Source: Octopus bimaculoides (lineage: Eukaryota). Taken from it: a stretch of DNA of 64,000 bases. Numbering within the stretch: position 1 is the first letter of the stretch; every line of letters begins with the position of its first letter. The position numbers and the translations under genes are program-made. The stretch lies in NCBI RefSeq assembly GCF_001194135.2, contig NC_068994.1, forward strand, positions 32,646,192-32,710,191. The letters run 5' to 3'. Below are positions 1 through 11,503 of the stretch, one piece after another. The notes under the pieces were generated by a model. The model did no database searches. It was given only the letters and a program-made list of their open reading frames with translations, and was not told the origin of the DNA.

Positions 1-265
1 AATCTAAAAACAGAAACAATTCCTATCATAGTAGGTGCCTTAGGTATAATAAAAAAATATTCAGACAAATACATAACAAAAACACCAGGACTTACAAATA
101 TATATAACATACAGAAAATTGCACTACTGGGTACTGCACACATTCTACGCAAAACACTTTCAATACAGTAAACATAAGAGCACCACAGCAAACCACAGCA
201 CATACCCAAGGCGCACAGAGCTGCGCTCGGTAGTGAAGTGAAAGCACGTTATAAAAATAAAACTA

Positions 266-297
<32 letters not shown>
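1..297 (+). mobile_element. 3' end of an R4/Dong-type (REL endonuclease) non-LTR retrotransposon with 3' UTR and (TAA)n tail
   Basis: Frame 1 from base 1 reads NLKTETIPIIVGALGIIKKYSDKYITKTPGLTNIYNIQKIALLGTAHILRKTLSIQ* (stop at 169-171). This matches the IPIVxGALG...QKxALLGTAxILRK C-terminus of R4/Dong-like ORFs. An AAT-repeat tail follows. Confidence 0.75.
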
Positions 298-300
<3 letters not shown>

Positions 301-309
301 CAACAACAA

Positions 310-490
310 CATTGTTGAAAAATACCTTAGGAATGAGAACTTAGGTTCAGAATTTCTCCAAGACACCTGATGAAGGCTGGAGGGGATATCAACCAAATCG
401 TTGTGTTAACAACAAACAAGATGAGGACAAATATCTGTCAAACGTAAATAATGTAAATAATTCCTCATCTCTTAAATATAGAACTGTATT
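310..490 (+). mobile_element. Penelope-like element terminal (pseudo-LTR) fragment with a degenerate hammerhead-like core
   Basis: acac-CTGATGA-a-ggctg-gaggggatat-caacc-aaatcgtt-gtgt at 363-406. The layout fits the minimal hammerheads of Penelope pLTRs, but the GAAA motif is mutated. Confidence 0.55.
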
Positions 491-867
491 ATCAGACAGA
501 TATCTAATAAAAATAAAAATTGACAGACCATGCCAAAGAGAAAAAAAAACCCCACAAGATTAAACTAAAAAGATAGCAAGAAAAAACAAGCGAGAGAGGG
601 GAGTGGGAAGAATATAAATTTTAGAAAAATGAAATTTAGAAGAAAAGACGGGAGAAGAGGAAATACAAAAAAATCATACACATACATATATATGTATATA
701 TAAACTCAAGAATTTTGCTAATTTATAATTAAGGCATAATTAATATCCTGCAGAAAACTATAATTAGTGACTAATTAATTAATAAAAAATATTGCTGCTA
801 TGTGTTATTGCAAAAATCTATCTTGGGAAATAATATGAAATATATGTTTTCTGTCTGGTTTTTAAAT

Positions 868-1357
868 CATAGCCTGTTTATGTATCGTATAGCCTGTTGA
901 TTGTCTATATGCTATATAGCCTGTTGATTGCCTATATGCTATATAGCCTGTTGATTGCCTATAAAGCATAGGCAGCTGATTACTCATAAATTATTGCATG
1001 CTCGTTGCCAATAAATTATATGTTGCTGATTGTCTATACATTTTAGTTTCTTGACTGCCTATAAATTATAGTTCACTGATTGCCTATAAATTGAGGTTGT
1101 TGATTGCTTACAAATTATAGGCAGTTAATTGCCTATAAACTATAGGTTATTGGTTGTCTCTAAATTATACATTGCTTTTTGCCTATAAATTATAGCCTGT
1201 TTATTCTAGATAAATCATAGTTATTTCCTATAAGTTATAGCTTTATGATTGCCTATAAATAATAGGTTGTTATTTACCAATAGATTATAGTTTGATGACT
1301 GCTTATAAATTATATGTTGTTGATCACCAGCAAATTATAGCTTTATGATTGCTTATA
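868..1357. repeat. Degenerate minisatellite, unit about 24-25 bp (consensus near TATAAATTATAGGYTGTTGATTGCC), roughly 20 units
   Basis: Recurrent gattgcctataaattatag / atagcctgttgattgcctata units; the motif resumes at 1679-1698 after a SINE-like insertion. Confidence 0.8.
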
Positions 1358-1678
1358 GATCATAGATCTTGGTGACCCTGCCTGTGCTGGTGCCACATAA
1401 AAAGCTTCCAGTCCACACTGTAAAGTAGTTGGCATTTGGAAGTGTATCCAGCTGTAAAAACCATGCCAAAACTGACCTCACCTGTGCTGATGCCATGTAA
1501 AAAGCACTCAGTCCACTCTGCAGGCTGGTTGGTGCTCAGAATGGCATCCAGCTGTAAAAACCATGCCAAAACAGACACAGAAGTCTGGTGCAGTTTTCGT
1601 CCTGGCCAGCACCTGTCAAACTGTCCAATCCGTGCCAGAATGGAAAGCAAACATTAAACGATGACAATGATGATAATG
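1358..1678 (+). mobile_element. Non-autonomous retroelement, family C (RTE-type 3' tail ending acgttaaacgatgatgat)
   Basis: Contains ggcatccagctgtaaaaaccatgcc twice and ends in a (GAT)n tail. Flanked by atgattgcttata at 1345-1357 and 1679-1691 (possible TSD). Related copies lie at about 1945-2110, 4000-4232, 8190-8380, 17900-18070, 25865-26015, 40640-40800, 43510-43690 and 48455-48535. Confidence 0.7.
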
Positions 1679-2993
1679 ATGATTGCTTATAAATTATACA
1701 GTAAAGTTTCGATAAATTCATATGCCATGGGTGGAGGGAATAACTTGATGTTTCATGAGTGGCCTGACATTTTGTCTTCTCTTTTGAAAGAAAGGGACAG
1801 CACCAAACTGTCAAATTCCTCGGGACACAAACATTTATCAAAACTCCGTCCTGTGCAGGGAGATGAAACTGGGGACCTCACTCATGGGTGCGCAGTAATC
1901 ATTTCAATTCAACCATACAGCCTTGTATTTATGCAAATCACCATCTTTGGTTTAACATCTGCTTTTCCATGCTTGCATGGGTCAGACAAAATCTAAACTG
2001 AGGCAGGGTTTTCTAACTCTCGTTGCATCACATGATTTGTATTGAATATATTTATGCCACCCTCACTGAGGTCAGTAAAGAAAAGTAACATCATCATCAT
2101 CATCATCATCATTTTTATGATAATTATTATTATTATTATTATTATTGTTGTTGTTGTTGTTGAAGGTGGTGAGCTAGAGAATCATTAGCATGCTGGATGA
2201 AGTGCTTAGCAGTATTTCGCCTGTCACCCCATTCTGAGTTCAAATTCCATCAAGATAGACTTTGCCTTTCATCCTTCTACTATAACCTTGGGCCAACCGA
2301 AGCCTTGTGAGTGGATTTGGTAGATGAAACTGAAAGAAGCCCGTCATTTATATATATATGTATATATTTATGTGTGTGTCTTTGCGTCTGTGTTTGTTCC
2401 CCCCACCATTGCCTGACAACTGATGTTGGTGTGTTTATGTTCTTGTAACTTAGTGGTTCAGCAAAGGAGACTGATAGAATAAGTACTAGGCTTGCAAAGA
2501 ATAAATCCTGGGGGTCGATTTCTGTGACTAAAAGACCCTTTAAGGTGGTGCTCCAGCATGGCTGCAGTCAAATGACTGAAACAAGTAAAAGGATACTGAG
2601 CAAATTGCTTAGCAGCATTTCTTACAACTTTACATTCTGAGTTCAAATCCCACTGAGGTCAACTTTGCCTTTAATCCCACTGGGGGTCAATGACATAAGT
2701 ACTTGTTGAGCCCCTCTCTTCTAAAATTTCAGACCTTGTGCCTGAAGTAGAAACGATCATTATCATTATTATTAATATTATTATTGACGATATTGTTATA
2801 ACTATCATCGTTATTATTATTGTTGTTGTTGTGAAAGGAATTATTACTATTATCATTATCACTATTATTACTTATATTATCATGTTTCTTTAATATTTTT
2901 TTTTTACAACAGACATACCAAAATTCAACCAACCCAAGGCAACAAACTATAATTATAGTCATTAAGAAATTATCATCATTATCATCATCATCA

Positions 2994-3028
<35 letters not shown>

Positions 3029-3073
3029 GTCATTTTTATTTTTATTGATTTTTTTTGTTACTGTTTTAACTTT

Positions 3074-3438
3074 TTACAATGGAAGTACCTTTGGCACTGC
3101 TGGTAGTGGTTTTGTGAGCGACGTGAAGCTGTTTTTCATGGGAAGGTCCCAGAGCTGACTGGAAATGCCGGTTCCGCTGTGGCCTTCCGAAATGGACTTC
3201 AGGTCTATGACATCAGTGTTGAGGGAGTTTGGATTTTGCAGCTTTGATTGAACAGAAGATTTTACTGGTGTGTAGATATCCTTTGGTTTGCCAATGCTAC
3301 TCAAGGTTGGTGATGACTTTACGCCTGAAGATGATAATGATGTTGTTGTTGTTGCTGTTTTTGTTGTTAATGATGACGATGACGGTGATAACGATGTGGA
3401 TGTTTTCGGCTGTTTATCAGGCTTGGAATATTGATGTG
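3074..3438 (-). CDS. Terminal coding exon of an unidentified minus-strand gene (Ser/Thr-rich C-terminus ending ...LWDLPMKNSFTSLTKPLPAVPKVLPL*)
   Basis: Strong acceptor ttatcatttattttttattttttctctttgcag| at 3440-3439, phase 1. Open for 120 further codons to a stop at 3076-3074. Two AATAAA hexamers follow at 3046-3035. Mostly non-repetitive sequence, and phase-compatible with exon 12886-12721. Confidence 0.75.
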
Positions 3439-3469
3439 CTGCAAAGAGAAAAAATAAAAAAATAAATGA

Positions 3470-3692
3470 TAACAATTGATTGGAAATTTTGGCACAAAGC
3501 TAGAAATTTCAGAAGCGGGGGCTGGTTGATTATATCAACCCCAGTACACAACTGGTTCTTATTTTATCGGTTGCAAAAGGATGAACAGCAAAGTCGACCT
3601 CAGTGGAATTTGAACTCAGAATGTAAAGATGGACAAAACACTGCTAAGCATTTTGCCCAGCAGGTTAATCATTTCACAAGCTTGCCACCTTA
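3470..3692 (-). mobile_element. tRNA-derived SINE, family B (head ggtggtgagctggcagaatcgttagc; core ttctgagttcaaattcc...gtcgactttgcctttcatcc)
   Basis: Matches many other copies in the window, e.g. about 2165-2280, 2595-2755, 4640-4790, 4797-5000, 12225-12450, 48540-48680, 54985-55170 and 55310-55450. Confidence 0.75.
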
Positions 3693-3869
3693 GTGTAAAA
3701 ACCCACTTTGGTCATGAATGACCATGGTATTGCACCCAGAAAGTTCCCCTCTGAGGTACAAGTCTGAGTAAGATTGGTTGTTTATGGAAGACCAGCATTT
3801 GCCCATGCATACCAGCCTCCCCACTCTGTGCCACTGATGTTATCTAAAGGAAAGGCACAATAATGTTGC

Positions 3870-4545
3870 AAGGAAGATTCATTAGATGTGAGGCAAGAGT
3901 GAATTGGATAAAGCAAAGATGTGGCATGAGAAAACTGCAGAAAGAGTTATTGAGAATGACAAGGTAAAGATAATGTGGGATGTAATGATCCAATCATTAT
4001 CATCATGGAACGTCCGTTTTCCATGCTAGCATGGGTTGGATGGTTCAACTGGGGTTTGGGAAGCCAGGTGGCTGCACCAAGCTCCAGTCTGATCTGGCAG
4101 TGTTTCTACAGCTGGATGCCCTTCCTAACACCAACCACTCTATGATAGTAGTGGGTGCTTTTTATGTGCCACAAGCACAGGGGCCAGAGGAGGCTGGCAA
4201 CGGCCACGATCAGATGGTGCTTTTTACGTGCTGGATATAATGGTTGCAAATAAAAAAAGAAAAAAAAAACTGTCTAATCATTGCATTCTCTGGTGATGAC
4301 AAAGTATCAGAAAGAGTAAAAGAGAAGCAGGTCAGATATGAGGATTTGAAGTGGGAGATAAAGAGACTGGTCATTAATGAAGATGAGTGTTATATCTTGT
4401 TGTGGGAGCCATGTGAACTATAAGTACTAAACTCCCAAACTGGACTGAAAAAATAGAGGTAAATGTGAAGAGAGAGCAACTAAAGAAAACAGTGTTGCAT
4501 GGGACTGCATAAATCTTCTGCAAACATCTTGAAATTTGGCTGAGA
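3870..4545 (+). mobile_element. Decayed R4/Dong-type LINE C-terminal fragment interrupted by a family C element (about 4000-4232)
   Basis: Before the insert: MWHEKTAERVIENDKVKIMWDVMIQ. After it: CLIIAFSGDDKVSERVKEKQVRYEDLKWEIKRL...QLKKTVLHGTA. These resemble the ENxxxKILWDFxIQ / KxxKYxDLxxEIxRLW / LQKxxLLGTA REL-domain motifs, with stops and frameshifts. Confidence 0.7.
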
Positions 4546-5534
4546 AGTGTTACTTTAGTCCACTGATTGTGGACAGTTTGGTATTTGTTACATCCCCCAT
4601 CAAAGATGTTATGTTAAAAAAGAATAACACTAATAATCCTTATTAATAATCCTTTCTACAATAGGCACAAAGCTTGAAGTTTTTTTTTAGAGGATGGGGG
4701 CAAGTCAATTACATTAACCCAGGTGCTCAACTGGTACTTACTTTATCGACATGAAAGGATGAAAGGCAATGTTAAACACAGTGGCATAATAATAATAATA
4801 ATCCTTTCTACTAAAGGCACATGGCATGAAATTATTGGGGGAGTGGACTAGTCAATTACATTGACCCCCAGTGTTTCACTGGAAGTTAATTTATCAATCC
4901 TGAAAGGATGAAAAGCAAAGTCGACCTTGAAGGAATTTGAATTCAGAATGTAAAGACAAATGAAATGCCACTCAGCATTTTGCCTGGCCTACTAACAATT
5001 TTTATATACGGTAGTTATTCAACATGTCTCTTTGGTTGCACCCTTACGTTATGGAGACATAAACAAACCAATAATAGTTACTAAGAAGGAATGGTGGTGA
5101 GAGAAACACGACACAGACACACACACACAGATGCGTGCACACACGCACACACAGATGCGTGCACACACACACAATGGTCTTCCTCTCAGTTTCTTTCTTC
5201 TTGCAAAGTATTGGTTGGCAGGACTATCATGGAAGCTACTAGCCCAAGATGGAAACTGAAAGAAGCCCATCATGTGTGTGTGTGTCTGTGTATTTATATA
5301 CATACACATGTATATTTCTATATGTGTGTTTCTTTCTCCCCATCACTGCTTGACCACTGGCATTGATTTGCATATGCCGCCATAACTTAGAAGTTTGGCA
5401 AAGAAGACAAATAAGATAAGTGACAGACTTACAAATAAATCCAGGGGCTGAGATGGGGTTTGTTTTGACCAAACCCTTCAAGGTGGTGCTTCAGCATGGT
5501 CGCAATTCAATGACTAAAACAAGTAAAACATAAA

Positions 5535-5583
<49 letters not shown>

Positions 5584-6002
5584 NNNNNNNNNNNNNNNNN
5601 NNNNNNNNNNNNNNNNNNNNNNNNNNNNNNNNNNNNNNNNNNNNNNNNNNNNNNNNNNNNNNNNNNNNNNNNNNNNNNNNNNNNNNNNNNNNNNNNNNNN
5701 NNNNNNNNNNNNNNNNNNNNNNNNNNNNNNNNNNNNNNNNNNNNNNNNNNNNNNNNNNNNNNNNNNNNNNNNNNNNNNNNNNNNNNNNNNNNNNNNNNNN
5801 NNNNNNNNNNNNNNNNNNNNNNNNNNNNNNNNNNNNNNNNNNNNNNNNNNNNNNNNNNNNNNNNNNNNNNNNNNNNNNNNNNNNNNNNNNNNNNNNNNNN
5901 NNNNNNNNATTATTATACATACACACCATTGAGAGAACAGCAATAGCAGCTAAATCTCCCTTGAATCACACCTACCCTCTTCAAAAAAAAAAATTTGACA
6001 AG

Positions 6003-6384
6003 TGTGGGAGTGGCTTTGTGGTAAGTAGCTTGCTTACAAACCACATGGTTCTGGGTTCAGTCCCACTGCGTGGCACCTTGGGCAAGTGTCTTCTACTATA
6101 GCCTTGGGCTGACCAAAGCCTTGTGAGTGGATTTGGTAGACGGAAACTGAAAGAAGCCCGTCGTGTATATACATATGTGTGTATCTGTATTTGTCCCCCC
6201 CTACGTAGCTTGACAACCGATGCTCGTGTGTTTACACCTCCGTAACTTAGCAGTTCAGCAAAAAAGACTGATAGAATAAGTACTAGGCTTACAAAGAATA
6301 AGTCCTGGGGTCGATTTGCTCAACTAAAGGTGGTGCTCCAGCATGGCCACAGTCAAATGACTGAAACAAGTAAAAGTGTAAAAG
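6003..6384 (+). mobile_element. Near full-length tRNA-derived SINE, family A
   Basis: tRNA-like head (tggctttgtggtaagt ... ggttcagtccc), ggcaccttgggcaagtgtcttct core, internal microsatellite and gtaaaag-type tail. Many other copies in both orientations. Confidence 0.85.
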
Positions 6385-7590
6385 AATGGAAACATTGAAT
6401 AACAGTAGTAGAGACACCATTGGAAGTATTTGATTGCTCACTGTCCTACTCAATCAGGGCTGCTGTCCAGGGGTTAAACACCAACAATATGTATTACTAT
6501 CGTCGTCATCCTCATCATCATCACCATAATCACAAACTTTCGTTATTACCATATCAATTAAAATCCACCACCACCACCACCACCACCACCACCATCAACA
6601 CTGCCATCACCACCATTGTCAATAGCATCGGACACATTTGATAATGATGTGAGGCATTAAAATATGAGGAGATGGTCATAACCAGAATGCCTTTAATCAA
6701 AGAGCGCAATAAAGGCTGACATGGTGACATGGAATCTAAACAACAACTTCCATTCTCTCCTCTTCTTGTTCTTCTTGTTCTTCTTCTTTTTCTTCTTCTT
6801 GTTCTTCTTCTCTATTACTCATTTGGACTTTCACTTTCTACCCACCCCAACCCTTGAGTTCTCTCTCCTTAGCTACTAAGCTCTCACTCCTGCTTACCTC
6901 CCACCAAATCTCCACATCACTCTCTCTCCCTCTCCCTGCAACCAGCTTCAACCTCTAATTCCTAGTGTTAAATGCATGTAGCACTAACACCTTCTCCAGA
7001 TCCCCCACGCAACATGATGCACGTGTGAAACAAGCACTGCTGTTTTCAGATTTGCAGATAGCATCAGAGTAACGACATTTAGCAAAAATATTACAGTATC
7101 GAACATTCCAGTGGCATTGCAGCAGCATTGCAGCGGCATTGCAGCAGATCACAGCATTAGTCAGTCAGTCACTCACTCACTCAGTCAGTCAGCCAGTCAA
7201 TAAGTGCGTGAGTGACTAGATAGATGGGAAGAAGGGAAGAATACGTATGTTGATGGCTGATTGGATTAGAATAAAGATGCAAGCAGAGATGGCACATGGC
7301 ACACATCTACGATAAAAGGATAGGATGGTAATGGATTGAGGTGGGTGGGTGGCACCAGATAAGAATCAAAAGCCGAGTTGTATTGTGATGTTGTGATATG
7401 GTGCTGCGAGTTCAAAGTGGTGTCGTGAGAGATTTCTGCTTCTATCAACACAGATTGAATACAGACGTGTGCACATGCGCACTCATGTGTGAGTGTGCAT
7501 GTCTATAAATATTTGTGTGTGTTTATATTACATGCATATATACGTGTGTTTGTATGTGTGTGCATGTGTTTGTGTTTCAAACATACAGAC

Positions 7591-7630
<40 letters not shown>

Positions 7631-8061
7631 TGTATATNNNNNNNNNNNNNNNNNNNNNNNNNNNNNNNNNNNNNNNNNNNNNNNNNNNNNNNNNNNNNNN
7701 NNNNNNNNNNNNNNNNNNNNNNNNNNNNNNNNNNNNNNNNNNNNNNNNNNNNNNNNNNNNNNNNNNNNNNNNNNNNNNNNNNNNNNNNNNNNNNNNNNNN
7801 NNNNNNNNNNNNNNNNNNNNNNNNNNNNNNNNNNNNNNNNNNNNNNNNNNNNNNNNNNNNNNNNNNNNNNNNNNNNNNNNNNNNNNNNNNNNNNNNNNNN
7901 NNNNNNNNNNNNNNNNNNNNNNNNNNNNNNNNNNNNNNNNNNNNNNNNNNNNNNNNNNNNNNNNNNNNACATATGTGCACATACATAATATATGTATATA
8001 TCTGTGTGCATATATATATTTATATATATATATATATATGTATGTATGTGTATATATATTT

Positions 8062-8101
<40 letters not shown>

Positions 8102-8855
8102 TGTATATGTGTGTGTGTCTATCTATATATACACACATGCATTATGTATATACATACATAAGTTTGTATCATAGTCGTCATAGTTGTCAATGCTTTAACA
8201 TCTACTTCGGCAGGGGTCAAACAAAAATATGTTGAGGCAGTTTTCTATGGCCGGATATCCTTCCTAACACAAAAACCACCATTTGTTACCAAGTGAGGTA
8301 ACAATCTTCTTTGTTGGACAAAACAAAAAACAAAAAAAACAGCCCAGAGTTGAAGGTCTGGAAATAAATGACACCTCACCATGCCCTTTGTTGAGAAAGG
8401 TTACACAACAAACAAGTCAAGAAGCCCAGACATGCTTTTCTAGTGGACTGTATGACATCGTTAAAGAAGCCAATGTTTACAAAGAGCGAGCTACAAAATC
8501 ACTCACATAAACACACACACACATACATCCTTTTTTAGGTGAACAACTTGGTTCCAGGACTTGTCTTGTTTTTAAAAACTTAATACTTGTTTATCTGTTT
8601 CTTTTGCTGAACTGCTAAGTTATGGGGATGCAAAAACACCAATACCAGTTGTCAAGTGGTGGTGGGGGACAAACACAAAGACACACACACCCACATGATG
8701 ATCTTTCCATTTCTGTCTACCAAATCCACTTACAAGGCATTTGTCGGGCCAAGGCTATAATAGAAGATATTTGCCCAAAGTCCCATGGTGTGGGGCTGAA
8801 GCTGGAATCATGTGCTTGGGAAGCAAACTTCTTACCACACAGCCACACTTGCCCC

Positions 8856-8895
<40 letters not shown>

Positions 8896-9824
8896 NNNNN
8901 NNNNNNNNNNNNNNNNNNNNNNNNNNNNNNNNNNNNNNNNNNNNNNNNNNNNNNNNNNNNNNNNNNNNNNNNNNNNNNNNNNNNNNNNNNNNNNNNNNNN
9001 NNNNNNNNNNNNNNNNNNNNNNNNNNNNNNNNNNNNNNNNNNNNNNNNNNNNNNNNNNNNNNNNNNNNNNNNNNNNNNNNNNNNNNNNNNNNNNNNNNNN
9101 NNNNNNNNNNNNNNNNNNNNNNNNNNNNNNNNNNNNNNNNNNNNNNNNNNNNNNNNNNNNNNNNNNNNNNNNNNNNNNNNNNNNNNNNNNNNNNNNNNNN
9201 NNNNNNNNNNNNNNNNNNNNNNNNNNNNNNNNNNNNNNNNNNNNNNNNNNNNNNNNNNNNNNNNNNNNNNNNNNNNNNNNNNNNNNNNNNNNNNNNNNNN
9301 NNNNNNNNNNNNNNNNNNNNNNNNNNNNNNNNNNNNNNNNNNNNNNNNNNNNNNNNNNNNNNNNNNNNNNNNNNNNNNNNNNNNNNNNNNNNNNNNNNNN
9401 NNNNNNNNNNNNNNNNNNNNNNNNNNNNNNNNNNNNNNNNNNNNNNNNNNNNNNNNNNNNNNNNNNNNNNNNNNNNNNNNNNNNNNNNNNNNNNNNNNNN
9501 NNNNNNNNNNNNNNNNNNNNNNNNNNNNNNNNNNNNNNNNNNNNNNNNNNNNNNNNNNNNNNNNNNNNNNNNNNNNNNNNNNNNNNNNNNNNNNNNNNNN
9601 NNNNNNNNNNNNNNNNNNNNNNNNNNNNNNNNNNNNNNNNNNNNNNNNNNNNNNNNNNNNNNNNNNNNNNNNNNNNNNNNNNNNNNNNNNNNNNNNNNNN
9701 NNNNNNNNNNNNNNNNNNNNNNNNNNNNNNNNNNNNNNNNNNNNNNNNNNNNNNNNNNNNNNNNNNNNNNNNNNNNNNNNNNNNNNNNNNNNNNNNNNNN
9801 NNNNNNNNNNNNNNNNNNNNNNNN

Positions 9825-9975
9825 GCTTTTAGCCCCAGGAGGACATCTCCTCCAGCTGGCTTATCGACACACGACTGTGTCCTGTTTGCCAAGGGAGTTA
9901 TCCTCCCTTGGCAAACAGGACACAGTCGTGTGTCGATAAGCCAGCTGGAGGAGATGTCCTCCTGGGGCTAAAAGC
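9825..9975. repeat. Perfect inverted repeat: 73-bp arms (9825-9897, 9903-9975) with a 5-nt loop ttatc
   Basis: I checked the arms base by base; they are exact reverse complements. The left arm abuts an N-gap. Confidence 0.9.
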
Positions 9976-10080
9976 AACAGTAACATCCACCCCTAGGGGT
10001 CAGCCACACTTAAGTGGCAATATACTACACTTTATCGTGCAGTTACTGTTAATACTTCATTTAGAGAATTAACATTGCTA

Positions 10081-10407
10081 TATTTATATATACATGCATA
10101 TATGGGTACAGAACGTCACCAACAGTAAACAACACGAAATACAAAGCAAATGAGTTCAATATGCAAACAACAAGAAAAACAAATGGAAAACAGGACAAGT
10201 AACATAAAAAGCGACCCTTCATCAGTTGTCAGCTAACTGAGGAGTAGATATACAGCCGACAACTGATGAAGGGTCGCTTTTTATGTTACTTGTCCTGTTT
10301 TCCATTTGTATCGCTCGTTGTTTGTGTACTGAACTCATTTGCTTTGTATTTCACGTTGTTTACTGTTGGTGACATCTTGTACCCATATATGCATGTATAT
10401 ATAAATA
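10081..10407. repeat. Long imperfect palindrome (arms about 154 bp, 19-nt loop) derived from a Penelope-type terminus
   Basis: The left arm ends gcgacccttcatcagttgtcagct and the right arm begins agccgacaactgatgaagggtcgc. Complementarity extends out to tatttatatatacatgcatatatgggtac / gtacccatatatgcatgtatatataaata. Confidence 0.85.
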
Positions 10408-10482
10408 TATATATATATTATATATATTATTTGTATTATTATTTGATTGAACGCCACGCAACCATTTCCAAGTAAGTTTATG

Positions 10483-10518
<36 letters not shown>

Positions 10519-10793
10519 TCTCTGTTGGTGCTGACAGATTGGAGAAAAATATTTACTACAAATGACACACACAGACACTCAGATATGTATTTACACACAC
10601 ACGTGTGTGTGTGTGTGTGTGTGTATCAATGATTCACTTAACTGTTGGTGACATCCTGTACCTATATACGCATGTTTGTATATATGTGTGTGTGTATATA
10701 TATACATATATATATGCATATATATATTATTTTATATTATATATATATGCATATATATATTATTTCTATTACATATATATATATATTTATTTA

Positions 10794-11354
10794 TATTATG
10801 TTCTTCCTAGAGGTAAGACAAAATTTTTTATGTTTGCTGCCCTTACACATCTTTGCCAGTATACACACATTGAAGCTTTACTATAGCGTCGTAAATGTAT
10901 TGACTGCTATTTCCAGTAAACATTGGTGCTTTGTTGTACCACTACTCTATATTTATACTTTTACCTTTATAGTGCTTTATTTTTACTGGAAAGTAATACA
11001 TATGCATTGCAATATTTTATTTTCATTGAAAATTTTTTCACTGTTCTCAGTCTGCTAATGGCTAAGCATTCAGGCGAGTATACTGGCATTGATGTGGCAA
11101 CATTTGAAATATTGTCTAGGCAAATGCAGCTGATGAAGACTAATCAAATTTACAATGACAAACGTATTTGAAGAGTCCGAAACCTAGGTAGTGGGTTATC
11201 CATTTATATAATGTTCTTCCTAGAGATAAGACAATTTTTTTTGTGTTTGCTACCCTCACATGTCTTTTCCAGTATATACACATTGAAGCTTTACTATAGC
11301 ATCGTAAATGTATCGTCTGCTATTTTCAGTAAACATTGGTGCATTATTGTACCA

Positions 11355-11360
<6 letters not shown>
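10794..11360. repeat. Direct duplication of about 155 bp (10794-10948 and 11206-11360)
   Basis: Both copies read atgttcttcctagag...cattgaagctttactatagc...agtaaacattggtgc...gtaccactactct with scattered substitutions. Confidence 0.85.

Positions 11361-11420
<60 letters not shown>
11357..11420. repeat. (TC)n microsatellite, representative of very many (TA)n, (CA)n, (GA)n, (TATG)n, (AAT)n and (CAT)n tracts
   Basis: Directly visible; most N-gaps in the window are bordered by such tracts. Confidence 0.95.
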
Positions 11421-11452
11421 NNNNNNNNNNTATATATATATATATTGGCAGA

Positions 11453-11503
<51 letters not shown>

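Noticed and set aside
6003-6075. tRNA-like sequence at SINE heads (also about 31170-31232, 46180-46245, 50485-50550)
   Set aside because: These have A/B-box-like motifs but no complete cloverleaf, and they run straight into SINE bodies. They are not tRNA genes.
6955-7152. Cys-rich 65-aa ORF (MICCNAAAMLLQCHW...)
   Set aside because: The Cys/Ala content comes from a 12-bp gcattgcagcag repeat. Several frames on both strands are partly open, and no consistent splice pair singles one out.
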